64,000 bases of DNA from Dehalococcoidia bacterium (GTDB taxonomy: Bacteria > Chloroflexota > Dehalococcoidia > Lucifugimonadales > UBA3495): the NCBI GenBank assembly GCA_965197555.1, contig OZ240213.1, positions 2,603,671 to 2,667,670 on the forward strand, in the 5' to 3' direction. The notes under the pieces were generated by a model. The model was not told where the DNA came from. It made no database searches and worked only from the letters and a program-made list of their open reading frames with translations. A program made the translations under genes and the position numbers. Shown here in pieces: positions 26,834-36,123 of the stretch. The first letter of the stretch is position 1, and every line of letters begins with the position of its first letter.

Positions 26834-28231
26834 ATGGCCGCAGCTCAAAGTCCTCAGCCCAATTATTTCCGCGGCATAGCAAACCGGTTCCTTGCCGCAT
26901 TAGTTTACCGGGACTTCAGGTTCCTGGCCCTAGCCACTTTATGCAGCGGCAGCGGCGCATGGGCGCTTATTGTGGCCAGAGGGGCCTGGGTCTACAGCAT
27001 TCCAGACTTGAACTCTCCGGGACTGTGGGTCGGCCTGGTAACATTTGCTGCTATGTCTCCCCGGTTCTTCGCGACACCCTTCATCGGCTACCTGGCCGAC
27101 CGAGTTACCCGAAAAAGGTTGTTGCAATGGATATACTGCCTGCAATTCCTGCAAACGGCGGTAATGGCCATTCTGGTGATGCTGGGCATTGACGATCCCT
27201 GGTACGTGGTGGCGCTAGCAACAGTAAACGGCACGCTACGGGCGACGCAGCAAACGGCTGCCCAGTCACTGGCCCCCAACCTGGTGGCACGGGAGCACCT
27301 GCCCAACGCCGTAGCCCTGAACGAGGCAATGCAGCAAGGTTCTCGGCTCCTTGGGCCAATCATACTGCTGCTAGTAGCTGTGACATTGGGCTCGGGAAGT
27401 CTGTTTGGTTCAGGCACACCGTTCACCGTGGGTTCAATAGTGCTAACGCTTGGGACGTCAGCCATAGTGTTCTGGACCTGCGCTGCATTCTATCTGTTGG
27501 CGTTGCTCTTGGCGCTGAACATCGGAACGGTATCCTCCGGAGTCATCGACCCGCATCGAAGTTTCTGGGTCAATACGGCCGCAGGGTTCGCCTATGCCTA
27601 CAAAACACCACTTGTATTCGGCATCATTTTGATGGCGGTGGCCCACTGCGTATTGGTGATGTCCTTTGAGTCGATGCTACCGCCGTTGGCCCTGGAAAAG
27701 CTATCCGCTGACGGAGTGAGTTTTAATCAGAACCATGTGTATGCATTGATGGCCGCCCTTGGCATTGGGGCGTTGATGTCGTCCATCTTCGTTGGTGGCA
27801 TCGTAAGCCACCTGACTCGGGGCCGGGTGTTTTTGTTGCTGGGGTTCACCAGCAGCCTGACCCCCATTGGTTTGGGCCTGTCGTCGCAAACGGGTATCTC
27901 CATGGGAGCGGCGGTGCTCATGGGTCTAGGTACCGCAGGGTTCATGACCATAACCCATACCATCATCCAATCGGTGGTGCCGGACGAGATTAGGGGGCGA
28001 GTTGCAGCGGTGTACTCAGTGCATGTGGGTGGCAGTATGGCCTTCGCCAACCTGCTTTACGGCCGCCTGGCCGACTTTTGGTCCGCGGGCAGCGTCATGG
28101 CAGTGGTGGGCGCCGCTTTCACTGTGGTTGTGGTCGTGACCATAGTTGCCAGCGGTTTCTGGCGGGGTGTTTACTTCCGTGGCGAGGCCCAGCCGGCGGT
28201 GGCTGCTGCAGCCGCCGGGGCAGGCGACTGA
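26834..28231 (+). CDS. MFS transporter (MFS_3 / EntS-like)
   Basis: 465 aa with about 12 predicted hydrophobic helices. YRDFRFLALATL start and GYLADRVTRKRLL loop motif. RBS GAGGGAG. Confidence 0.85.
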   Translation: MAAAQSPQPNYFRGIANRFLAALVYRDFRFLALATLCSGSGAWALIVARGAWVYSIPDLNSPGLWVGLVTFAAMSPRFFATPFIGYLADRVTRKRLLQWIYCLQFLQTAVMAILVMLGIDDPWYVVALATVNGTLRATQQTAAQSLAPNLVAREHLPNAVALNEAMQQGSRLLGPIILLLVAVTLGSGSLFGSGTPFTVGSIVLTLGTSAIVFWTCAAFYLLALLLALNIGTVSSGVIDPHRSFWVNTAAGFAYAYKTPLVFGIILMAVAHCVLVMSFESMLPPLALEKLSADGVSFNQNHVYALMAALGIGALMSSIFVGGIVSHLTRGRVFLLLGFTSSLTPIGLGLSSQTGISMGAAVLMGLGTAGFMTITHTIIQSVVPDEIRGRVAAVYSVHVGGSMAFANLLYGRLADFWSAGSVMAVVGAAFTVVVVVTIVASGFWRGVYFRGEAQPAVAAAAAGAGD

Positions 28232-28537
28232 CCATGGGGGGTTGCCGACAGCAGCCTGACTTCTCGACTCCGGACCGGAGCACCCTAAGTTCCCGAGGAC
28301 CCAGCCATGGGCTGGGCAACGAGGGTGTCGAAACCGGGCCCCGGCGGAAGCGAACAGTCCTCATAGCAAGGTAGCCGACGGTCAATACCCTACGGCATTC
28401 ACACAGACATGGGGTGGTCTCGCTTTCCTAGGGTTACGTTGCTAGAGAGCACGAGGAAATCTCAGCCTAATTGTCGGGAAGCTGATACTGGGCCTATTAG
28501 CCCGTTCTAGGTGATGCACCCTCGCTCTGCTGCATTG

Positions 28538-28990
28538 CTAGAATGACGGGCCATAGCCGGGGAGCCTGGCCCATACAAGACCGTCGGGGTCGTGCGCCAA
28601 ATCCACCGTATTGCCCTGGGAGTCCTTCAACCCCAAGGGGTGCTGCACCAACTCGATCATGTTACCGTCTGGATCATGAATGTAAGTGGAGTGGCCGCCG
28701 CTGTAGGCGCGGATGGTGGGCGGGCTATATGGAACGCCCAAGGAATCCAGGTTAGCGATCATCTCTTCCCAATCGTGGATCTCTACAGCAAAATGCCCCG
28801 ACGGGCTCGGGTTCGGGGTATAGGTGCTATGGATCTCTCCACTGCCAACGCGCAATTGTAGTTGCCCTTTATTCAGTTCCGGCCCGCGATCCAGAAACTC
28901 CGCGCCCAACACCTTCTCGTACCATTCCCGGGTACGCTCCTTGTCGCTAATCTGAATATTGATGTGTTGTATCATAGTAACCCTAGACAT
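28538..28990 (-). CDS. VOC family protein (glyoxalase/bleomycin resistance/dioxygenase fold)
   Basis: 150 aa. IQHINIQISDKERTREWYEKVLGAEF ... HFAVEIHDWEEM ... YIHDPDGNMIELVQ. Confidence 0.8.
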   Translation of the reverse strand: MSRVTMIQHINIQISDKERTREWYEKVLGAEFLDRGPELNKGQLQLRVGSGEIHSTYTPNPSPSGHFAVEIHDWEEMIANLDSLGVPYSPPTIRAYSGGHSTYIHDPDGNMIELVQHPLGLKDSQGNTVDLAHDPDGLVWARLPGYGPSF

Positions 28991-29196
28991 AGGTTCACCG
29001 CCTTTCGAGCCGGTCTTGCATCCATCTGCGGGGTTTCTCCCCTAGGATGCTGTAAGCACGAGTATATCGCCAGCAGATTGGCGGTCGGGTGCCAAAAGTT
29101 CCCACGAGGTGTGCTAGCGTTGACGCTATTAGCTACCGGTGCTAGCATCGCATTAACCGGAGAGTAGTACCGTCAGGCAACGAAGGAGAGGCGAAC

Positions 29197-30315
29197 ATGG
29201 ACTTTGGACTATTCAACACCTGGAATGCGTTGTACACCGACGACAAGGTCCCCTGGCACCCCGATTACAATGGTGGGAAGCTTCTGGAAGAGGACGCTTA
29301 CGTCAAGAACTACGAAGAGATTGATGCAGTTGAGGAGATGGGCTGGGACTACATCTGGCTCGGGGGAGGTCACTTTTCCAAGCAGGCGAGTATGGACCCT
29401 CAGGTCCTGATGCTGGCTGCTGTGATAGCCGAGCGCACCAAGAAGATCAAGATCGGTTCGTCCATCCACCGCCCGGTGATTAGGCAACCCGGGGAAACCG
29501 TCTCCGGGTCAGCGCTGCCCCACGAAAGGTACGGGTTTGACAATCTGATGCTGGAGGACCCCATCCAGACCGCGGAACAGGTCGCTATAGTCGACCAGAT
29601 CAGCCGAGGCCGGTTCATCTATGGCGCCGGGGGGCGCACCCGCGGCTCTGCCGAACGCCGCGAGCAGTTCTTCGAGTACTTGGAAGTCATGAAACAACTT
29701 TGGACGGAGGAGCATTTCTCCGGGTTCGAGGGCAAGTACTACAACTACCCGGGATTCTACGAACCCTACTTGGCCATTCCGAAGCCCTACCAGAAGCCCT
29801 ACCCTCCCATGTTGTTGCCCGTGGATAGCCAGGAAAGCTTCGTGCCCATGGGCACCCACGGCTATCGAATCGCCATAGGGGCGGGAAGCTCTCCTCACAA
29901 CCCCAGAGGGTCCGCAGTGCTAAAGGAAGACGTGAAAGCCTACCGGAAGGCCTGGAAGGACGCTGGCCACCCCGGCGATCCGACTACCGTAGTCCGCATA
30001 CCCACCCTGGTGGGCGAGACGAAAGAGGAGGCTAGGCGCCAGACCGAGCACCTCTTGAACCTCGCCAGGCGATATTACGCCGGAAGAATCAGCATCGGGA
30101 GCACCGACGCGGGCACCGCCAGCCCAGATGCGACCGAAGAAATAAACCTGTTTGGCACACCGGAAGAAGTGGTTGACAAGATCCACATACTACGGGATGA
30201 CTTTAGCACCGACGAGATCATGTTCGAGGTCAACTGGACCTCATCGGTCCCTCGCGACGTGGTGATGAATACCATGCGGCTCATCACCGACAAAGTGATC
30301 CCCGAGTTCAAGTGA
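29197..30315 (+). CDS. LLM-class flavin-dependent oxidoreductase (luciferase-like monooxygenase)
   Basis: 372 aa. WDYIWLGGGHFS, IKIGSSIH, DQISRGRFIYGAGG. RBS AAGGAGAGG. Confidence 0.85.
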   Translation: MDFGLFNTWNALYTDDKVPWHPDYNGGKLLEEDAYVKNYEEIDAVEEMGWDYIWLGGGHFSKQASMDPQVLMLAAVIAERTKKIKIGSSIHRPVIRQPGETVSGSALPHERYGFDNLMLEDPIQTAEQVAIVDQISRGRFIYGAGGRTRGSAERREQFFEYLEVMKQLWTEEHFSGFEGKYYNYPGFYEPYLAIPKPYQKPYPPMLLPVDSQESFVPMGTHGYRIAIGAGSSPHNPRGSAVLKEDVKAYRKAWKDAGHPGDPTTVVRIPTLVGETKEEARRQTEHLLNLARRYYAGRISIGSTDAGTASPDATEEINLFGTPEEVVDKIHILRDDFSTDEIMFEVNWTSSVPRDVVMNTMRLITDKVIPEFK

Positions 30316-30392
30316 CGTAGGGATGCTCTAATACCCAATGTCCCACCAGTAGCGAGCTTAATAGCGGCCTTTCACGGAAATTTAATCGTTAG

Positions 30393-31826
30393 TTACTTTT
30401 GTGCCTTCGGGGTCAATATCCAGGGTTTGTGGCCCATCCCTGCGTCGACGCGGGCGAGATCAACACTCGGATCTATGAGACGAGTCGCCGATCGCCCGTT
30501 ATAGGTGACATAGGCGTCCGCTCGAACTTCGACCCCTTCGTGCCCTCTGTCTATGAAGTCGTCGCGGATCACATGGGTGGTCGCCAGGATCATATCCGGT
30601 TGATATGCCATGCGTTCTGCTTGGAGCGGCGTTAGGTACTCTTCTGGATAAACCAACCGTTCACCATCGAAAGCTGAACTGGTCACACGGAATTTGATCA
30701 ATCCGGTTTTCTCCGTGACGAGCACTCTCCAAGAGAATCGGTATCCTTCTTCGGTCCAGCGCACATTCCCTGGGTAAGCCAGGTGCCTTAGGGGCACCAT
30801 GATTTGTACGGCCAGGAATAGACCTCCCAAAAGGAAGGCCGCCCGTGCCGGCCAGCCGATGGATCGCGCTTTAATCGGGTGAGCGGGAGCGGATTTGGGC
30901 ATTGGTCCAGATAATCTACGTAGCCGGTTTACCACGTGTCCCGGCCAGTCAGCATCAAAGAATATAAGCGTTGCCCCAATCATTATCCAAGGAAACATCC
31001 CTATAGCCGGGAACAACAATCCGGTTATTACATGGAACACCACTAGGATGGCATAGGCGAAAGGCCGAGATCTCTTCCAGAGGAGCCACCCTACTATGGT
31101 CAGATCGAAGCCTGCTCCTGCCCAACTCATAGCGTACGGAAACCAGGCGTCCCTAACCAGCGGGCTGATGAGTGGCGTGTCGACGCTGCTGTAGAGCCAG
31201 ATGCTTAAAGGCTCAGCGTGGAATAGCCAATCGGGATTCAGCTTCGCAATTCCGGCGAAGATGTAAACTAGGCCAACCTGCGCCCGCAGCATCCAGAGCG
31301 CAGCCCTGGGAACGGTTGAGCGGGTCTCAACGGCCTTCGCCCTTCGCGAATCTAACGACGCCATGCGGCCTAAGGGCAAGAAAATCATGATGAAACTGAT
31401 CAGGCTGACCAGGTAGTAGTGGTTAAGGTACGTCGTCTGATCGATGAGCTCGACGTAGGTGAAGAGCAGGAAGAATGTGGTGATGGACAGTCGATACCGA
31501 TACCCCAGCGCCACACCTAGGCTCGCGAGACCGAGTAGAGCAAAGTGGAGGTACATACCCCAATCGGGCCAGGCTCGAACCCATCCTAATCCGTAGTAGG
31601 TGAAGTGGTACGCTGGCTCAACATACAGTTCTGAAACCCAGCCCTTGGCGACGAACCGTAGCACCGTGGCAACGCCAATGAGGCCGAATGCGATGCGGAA
31701 GGCGGCTGCCGAAGCCGATGACACCGGCTGAGAACCGGCGCGGTTGATTTGGGTCATTAGACCAAAGGCTTCCAGGGCATTACGCTTAGGGGTGACTCGG
31801 AACGTAGACAGGGTGAAAGAAGACAT
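30393..31826 (-). CDS. HTTM domain protein (vitamin K-dependent gamma-carboxylase homologue)
   Basis: FRIAFGLIGVATVLRFVAKGWVSELYVEPAYHFTYYGLGW..., multiple TM helices, then a VRWTEEGYRFSWRVLVTEKTG lumenal-type domain. Start ambiguous (31856, 31826 or 31757). Confidence 0.8.
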   Translation of the reverse strand: MSSFTLSTFRVTPKRNALEAFGLMTQINRAGSQPVSSASAAAFRIAFGLIGVATVLRFVAKGWVSELYVEPAYHFTYYGLGWVRAWPDWGMYLHFALLGLASLGVALGYRYRLSITTFFLLFTYVELIDQTTYLNHYYLVSLISFIMIFLPLGRMASLDSRRAKAVETRSTVPRAALWMLRAQVGLVYIFAGIAKLNPDWLFHAEPLSIWLYSSVDTPLISPLVRDAWFPYAMSWAGAGFDLTIVGWLLWKRSRPFAYAILVVFHVITGLLFPAIGMFPWIMIGATLIFFDADWPGHVVNRLRRLSGPMPKSAPAHPIKARSIGWPARAAFLLGGLFLAVQIMVPLRHLAYPGNVRWTEEGYRFSWRVLVTEKTGLIKFRVTSSAFDGERLVYPEEYLTPLQAERMAYQPDMILATTHVIRDDFIDRGHEGVEVRADAYVTYNGRSATRLIDPSVDLARVDAGMGHKPWILTPKAQK

Positions 31827-31836
31827 CGGTGGTCTA

Positions 31837-32925
31837 CTAGCGCAGGGTATCACCATCCGTATCGGTGAATCCTACTGATACCCCAAGCAGGCTGACCACC
31901 TCGGTCGCCATCGTCTGCTGCACATCCGAAAGCCGCTCATAAACGATACGGACCTGCTCCGGCTGCTCAACAGCGGCAGTGCGCAACGGTCCGTCGACTG
32001 CGTCGATGGCTGACAGTGCCGCCGCAAATCGGTTGCGCAGACGCTGGTCGGTTTCTTGTGACAGAGGGCGAACCAGGTCGGAGATGCCCAGACCGTCGGG
32101 CCCGGACCCTTCATATATCGTTTGCATGCCCATGATTTCGTGGCGCATGTCTTGCAGGTCGTTCTCTGCGGCGGTGCCAGGAATCGCAGATGGGTCAGGG
32201 ATTCCATCCCGAAGCCCCAGAGCCGATGCCAATTTCATGTCGACCATGTTCCGGATAAGAAAGACCTGGATTCGGACGACGTCCGCCACGGCTGCGCTGG
32301 GGAGAATCGCTATGCTCGATCGGTCCGTGAAGTAGGCATGGTAGGCGGCCTGGCCTTCTGTTCCTTCCATCCATTCAGACAAAACCGCGTCCGTCTCTCG
32401 CCGGGAAGCCTCTGTCAATGCCACTAAGTAAGAGCAGGCAGAGGTAGAGTCGGTAAGTCTCGCCGCCGCCTCACCGTTGAAAAGGATGTGCTCCATAGCG
32501 CCAAAGCCCCGTTGGTTGGCCGCGAGTATTTGAGCCACGTCTTCGGCCGCAATAGGGTGCTCTTGAGCCAGCAATTGATCGATACCGCTGGCGTCGATGG
32601 GCGACCAATCTAGTTGGCTAGTGGACCGTCGGGTCATAACTGGCCCGAACCACATCGCTTCCGACCTCATCCAAGAACCTCGGGCAACCCGCCACGACCG
32701 CCGGGCAGTTTCCAATGATGGGTTGCTGGCTGTGTTGCATAGTGCCCTTACGTGTTGTTCCAACTGGGCCATATCCCTAGCAACGGTCTGATAAGCAGGG
32801 ACGACGACTCCGTCGGTGAGGCTGATCAAGACGTCCTTGTCTGAGGGCCCGTCCGAAGTGCATGCGGCCGAGATTAGGACGAGGATACTCAAAATCGCCA
32901 CGGGCCGGGTAAGAGGGGGCCTCAA
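31837..32925 (-). CDS. imelysin-like lipoprotein (IrpA/peptidase M75-like fold), His of GxHxxE replaced
   Basis: 362 aa. Lipobox VLISAAC. The motif position reads RGFGAMEHILF, where the paralogue has GWHAIEFLLW. Confidence 0.7.
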   Translation of the reverse strand: MRPPLTRPVAILSILVLISAACTSDGPSDKDVLISLTDGVVVPAYQTVARDMAQLEQHVRALCNTASNPSLETARRSWRVARGSWMRSEAMWFGPVMTRRSTSQLDWSPIDASGIDQLLAQEHPIAAEDVAQILAANQRGFGAMEHILFNGEAAARLTDSTSACSYLVALTEASRRETDAVLSEWMEGTEGQAAYHAYFTDRSSIAILPSAAVADVVRIQVFLIRNMVDMKLASALGLRDGIPDPSAIPGTAAENDLQDMRHEIMGMQTIYEGSGPDGLGISDLVRPLSQETDQRLRNRFAAALSAIDAVDGPLRTAAVEQPEQVRIVYERLSDVQQTMATEVVSLLGVSVGFTDTDGDTLR

Positions 32926-32926
32926 G

Positions 32927-34348
32927 CTAGAGTGCCTCTAGAAATCTGATCAACGATTCTCGCTCTTCCACCGTCAGTCCCATGAAACGCCGCCGGGCGT
33001 CCTCAGCTTCGCCATCGTGCCAAAGGATAGCTTCCTCTAGGTTGCGAGCGCGGCCATCGTGAAGGAACATCGTATGGCCGTTCACCGTCTCCACCAAGCC
33101 AATGCCCCATAGCGGCGGAGTACGCCATTCAGTACCCGATGCCTGGCCATCGGGACGATTATCCGCGAGACCCGGACCCATGTCGTGCAGCAGTAGATCT
33201 GTATAAGGGAAGATGACCTGATTCCTCAGAGGTGCCAGCGGATGGGTGTCCCCGGTTTCATGGCGGGGCGTGTGGCAGGTGGAGCATTGTGACTGAACAA
33301 ATAGGCGTGCCCCTTGTTGCACCATCTCGGCTTCTGTATCGCGCATAGCCGGCACGGCTAGGGTTTGCACGTAGATCTCAACCTTTTCAAGGCGGCTATC
33401 GGATACTTCCGGAGCTCCTCCATTGGGGGCCAGGCGGCATTCTGTTTGGGCCGAGGGGCAATTCGCGTCTGGAAACAGGCTCGAAGTGATGCCGATGTCT
33501 CCAAGAAACGCGCCCGCGGTTTGCTGCTCTACGGTGGGCTGGTTGGCTTTCCACCCGAACCGGCCCAGGGCCAGTTCGCCCTGCCGCACGTCCCAAACGT
33601 AGTTGGGGCGTCCGGAGATGCTATCTCCGTCTGCGTCGTCGGGGTCCGCAAGAGCCAGGATACGGGCCTCAGGAATAGCCTCAAGCAGTCCCATACCGAT
33701 GGTTGCCGGCGCTATACGGGGCGAAACCTGAACTCCCGGGTGAAGTGGGCCAAAGGCGAGGTCTTCGACGGTGTACACCGGTTGACGAAGAGTGTACGTT
33801 GTGCCGTCCGGATACTCCCCTGGCACTTCCTCGTATATGATCACGATGCGCCCTTCTATGGGCACACCGAGGATCGACCGGTCCTGCAATTGTCCACCGT
33901 ATGTAGGCTCTTCAGTTGGGCCGTTCTTGCCGGGGATGCTCAACCGGAGGAGCAAGCCGCGCTCCGGGTCTCCCGGATGGTCGGGTGGTTTGGCCCTGCC
34001 GTCGTGATTATGGCATGAGGAGCAGGACAGGGCATTGTGCGTGGGTCCTAGACCGTCTCTCGCGTCGGTGCTGGCTGGTGCGGCGACCCAGTTCTGAGTG
34101 AAGAAGCTATCCCCGACAGCAAATATCCGCCGAAGGTCATTGGTCAGGTTGCGAGCCGACAGTTCAAAGGCGTTGCCGCTGGTGCTGAAGGCTGTAGTGT
34201 CGCCCCCCGAATTGGGGCTGTAGATGACGCTCAGGTCAATGTCACCATCGTCCTGCCGACAAGCCACAGCAGCCAAGAGCGCCACAGCTAGCAGCGACAA
34301 TCCAGTAAGGCGAGCCCATGCCCTGACAGAAAGGTTGGGGAGGTGCAT
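32927..34348 (-). CDS. di-haem cytochrome c protein, DUF1111 (putative peroxidase / thiol oxidoreductase family)
   Basis: 473 aa. Lipobox LAAVAC. Two CxxCH motifs (CSSCHNHDGR and CSTCHTPRHE). C-terminal AILWHDGEA, typical of DUF1111. Confidence 0.85.
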   Translation of the reverse strand: MHLPNLSVRAWARLTGLSLLAVALLAAVACRQDDGDIDLSVIYSPNSGGDTTAFSTSGNAFELSARNLTNDLRRIFAVGDSFFTQNWVAAPASTDARDGLGPTHNALSCSSCHNHDGRAKPPDHPGDPERGLLLRLSIPGKNGPTEEPTYGGQLQDRSILGVPIEGRIVIIYEEVPGEYPDGTTYTLRQPVYTVEDLAFGPLHPGVQVSPRIAPATIGMGLLEAIPEARILALADPDDADGDSISGRPNYVWDVRQGELALGRFGWKANQPTVEQQTAGAFLGDIGITSSLFPDANCPSAQTECRLAPNGGAPEVSDSRLEKVEIYVQTLAVPAMRDTEAEMVQQGARLFVQSQCSTCHTPRHETGDTHPLAPLRNQVIFPYTDLLLHDMGPGLADNRPDGQASGTEWRTPPLWGIGLVETVNGHTMFLHDGRARNLEEAILWHDGEAEDARRRFMGLTVEERESLIRFLEAL

Positions 34349-34354
34349 ATGTTG

Positions 34355-35500
34355 TTAGCTGACGTTAATTGTAATCCCCACCTCTTGGGCGGCAGCGACG
34401 ATTGTATCAGTCTGGTTCTCTAGCGCAATGATAGTGTCCAGGACGGCCCGGCGGCTAGGGTCTCCATCCGGCAAACCCTGTATCAATAAGCTATCGAACG
34501 GAGCAGGAATGGACCTGGCGAGGATAACGGAGCGATTGATTTCGTTGGCCAAGTCCTCAGCAAGCTTTTGGTCGTCCACAGCAATCAGGTCCTTAATGCC
34601 GGGCCCGGAAACATCTCCGTACTGACCCAGATACACCCGCTGGACTCCCAGAGCGTTGGCTACGATGTCTGCCGTTGTATTGTCAGAGAAACAAGAGTGC
34701 TCGTCCTCTTGTGATCGTTCCTCGTAGGCAACCGTCATGCGCTCTCCGGCGAGTTCACCCCGACTCATTTCTCCAATTCCGGTGATGATGTTGGTAATAG
34801 CCTCGTCGGGGTTCTTGGTGACGAAATGGGCGCGGTAGTTGTCGCCACCCGGGGCCCACGCATCTACCATCTGCTGCAGGTGAGTAAGCAAGAGGTCGGA
34901 CGTCACAGCCAGATAGGTTTTACGGCGGTCCGCGTTGTTGTTGACGGTGTAGTCGTGTACAGGCCGGTAACCGGGGCCGTCGGCGTTAAGGTCCTGGCCC
35001 CATAGGAGAAACTCGATAGCGTGCCATCCGGTGGAGACGTTTTCCTCTCCCCCTTCCTCGTTGAGGGAAACCAAGACATCTGCGTTGATGGCAGGGAATT
35101 GGTCGGGCTGGTTGATGATACCGGCATTCGGGGCACCGTCGACATAGTCTATATAGGATTCATCCAGGGGCCATGCGTTGATCAGCCCCTCGGGACCGTT
35201 CTCTTCATTGTCTATGGGACCGTTGTAAAAACGATATATCTCGGTGACGCCGTAGTCGTCCCTGGCGCGAAGCCATGCACGCTTGGCAGCGTCGAGGCGG
35301 GGTTGGGATGGCGCGGCGATGAAATTGTCGATCGCAACATCCAATGCCACGGCGGACCTGAGGCTCCGAGCGTACGACGCGTGGGCGCCGGAGGCGTAGT
35401 TATCGATGACCGATGTCTTAAGGTCGCTGCCACTGCCACCAGTGCAGGCCGTTAGGCCCAGCAAGGTTATCGACAGTAAAGCTAGGACTATTCTCAGCAT
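34355..35500 (-). CDS. imelysin family lipoprotein (IrpA-like) with intact GxHxxE motif
   Basis: 381 aa. Lipobox LGLTAC. TGWHAIEFLLWGQD (GxHxxE). Confidence 0.8.
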   Translation of the reverse strand: MLRIVLALLSITLLGLTACTGGSGSDLKTSVIDNYASGAHASYARSLRSAVALDVAIDNFIAAPSQPRLDAAKRAWLRARDDYGVTEIYRFYNGPIDNEENGPEGLINAWPLDESYIDYVDGAPNAGIINQPDQFPAINADVLVSLNEEGGEENVSTGWHAIEFLLWGQDLNADGPGYRPVHDYTVNNNADRRKTYLAVTSDLLLTHLQQMVDAWAPGGDNYRAHFVTKNPDEAITNIITGIGEMSRGELAGERMTVAYEERSQEDEHSCFSDNTTADIVANALGVQRVYLGQYGDVSGPGIKDLIAVDDQKLAEDLANEINRSVILARSIPAPFDSLLIQGLPDGDPSRRAVLDTIIALENQTDTIVAAAQEVGITINVS

Positions 35501-35983
35501 GCTTTCATCTCCTCATAGTTCCATGTGTATGCTCACCAGCCCCTAAGTACTCTGCGTTATTGGCCAAAACGGAATGTGGTCTTGAGCCCAACAGCAAAGA
35601 CCAGCCATTTCGCCCAAGATGCTCTCTGGTGGACCCCACATTGGCTAGACAGACGTCAGAGATGCCCAATATTAGTGAATACTGATGTTCTGCTATTGTT
35701 AGCACATGTTAATTTTATAAGTTACCATTATAAACAAAGATTAATCAGAAAGTATATACCAAGTAAGTGCAGTAATCTCGGGGAGACCGGAACACCCTCC
35801 TCCCGAACTTTCCCTTTAGTTGACTTCGTAGTGGACTCCCGCCTAAGGGACACCGGATCGCAGGGTGGACTTGGCGTGGGTCTGCCTGGAGTATGGTCAC
35901 ATTAGGGCGATGCAACCTCTGAAACCCTTCCTTTGGCATGTTCAAGCACGGAGGCATCTCGAACCGGATGGAGCGGGCCAGGG

Positions 35984-36012
35984 TTGCCCTAACAATAGGC
36001 CCTAAGTATAAT
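35984..36012 (+). promoter_or_regulatory. putative sigma-70 promoter for hyuA-hyuB
   Basis: TTGCCC (35984-35989), 17-nt spacer, TATAAT (36007-36012). Confidence 0.4.
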
Positions 36013-36123
36013 CCCGCTTAATCCCAGGGGCGTTGCCAATTGATCTGCGGTGGGGCGTGTCCGCTCTGAGCAACACACCACACCGCATCCTGAATTCAGA
36101 GCCTCGCTCCCAGAGTAGCGACC

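Noticed and set aside
35600-35760. Fur box or IdeR/DtxR box upstream of the imelysin operon
   Set aside because: AT-rich palindromes exist, but none aligns acceptably with GATAATGATAATCATTATC or TTAGGTTAGCCTAACCTAA from memory. Reported only as candidate operators.
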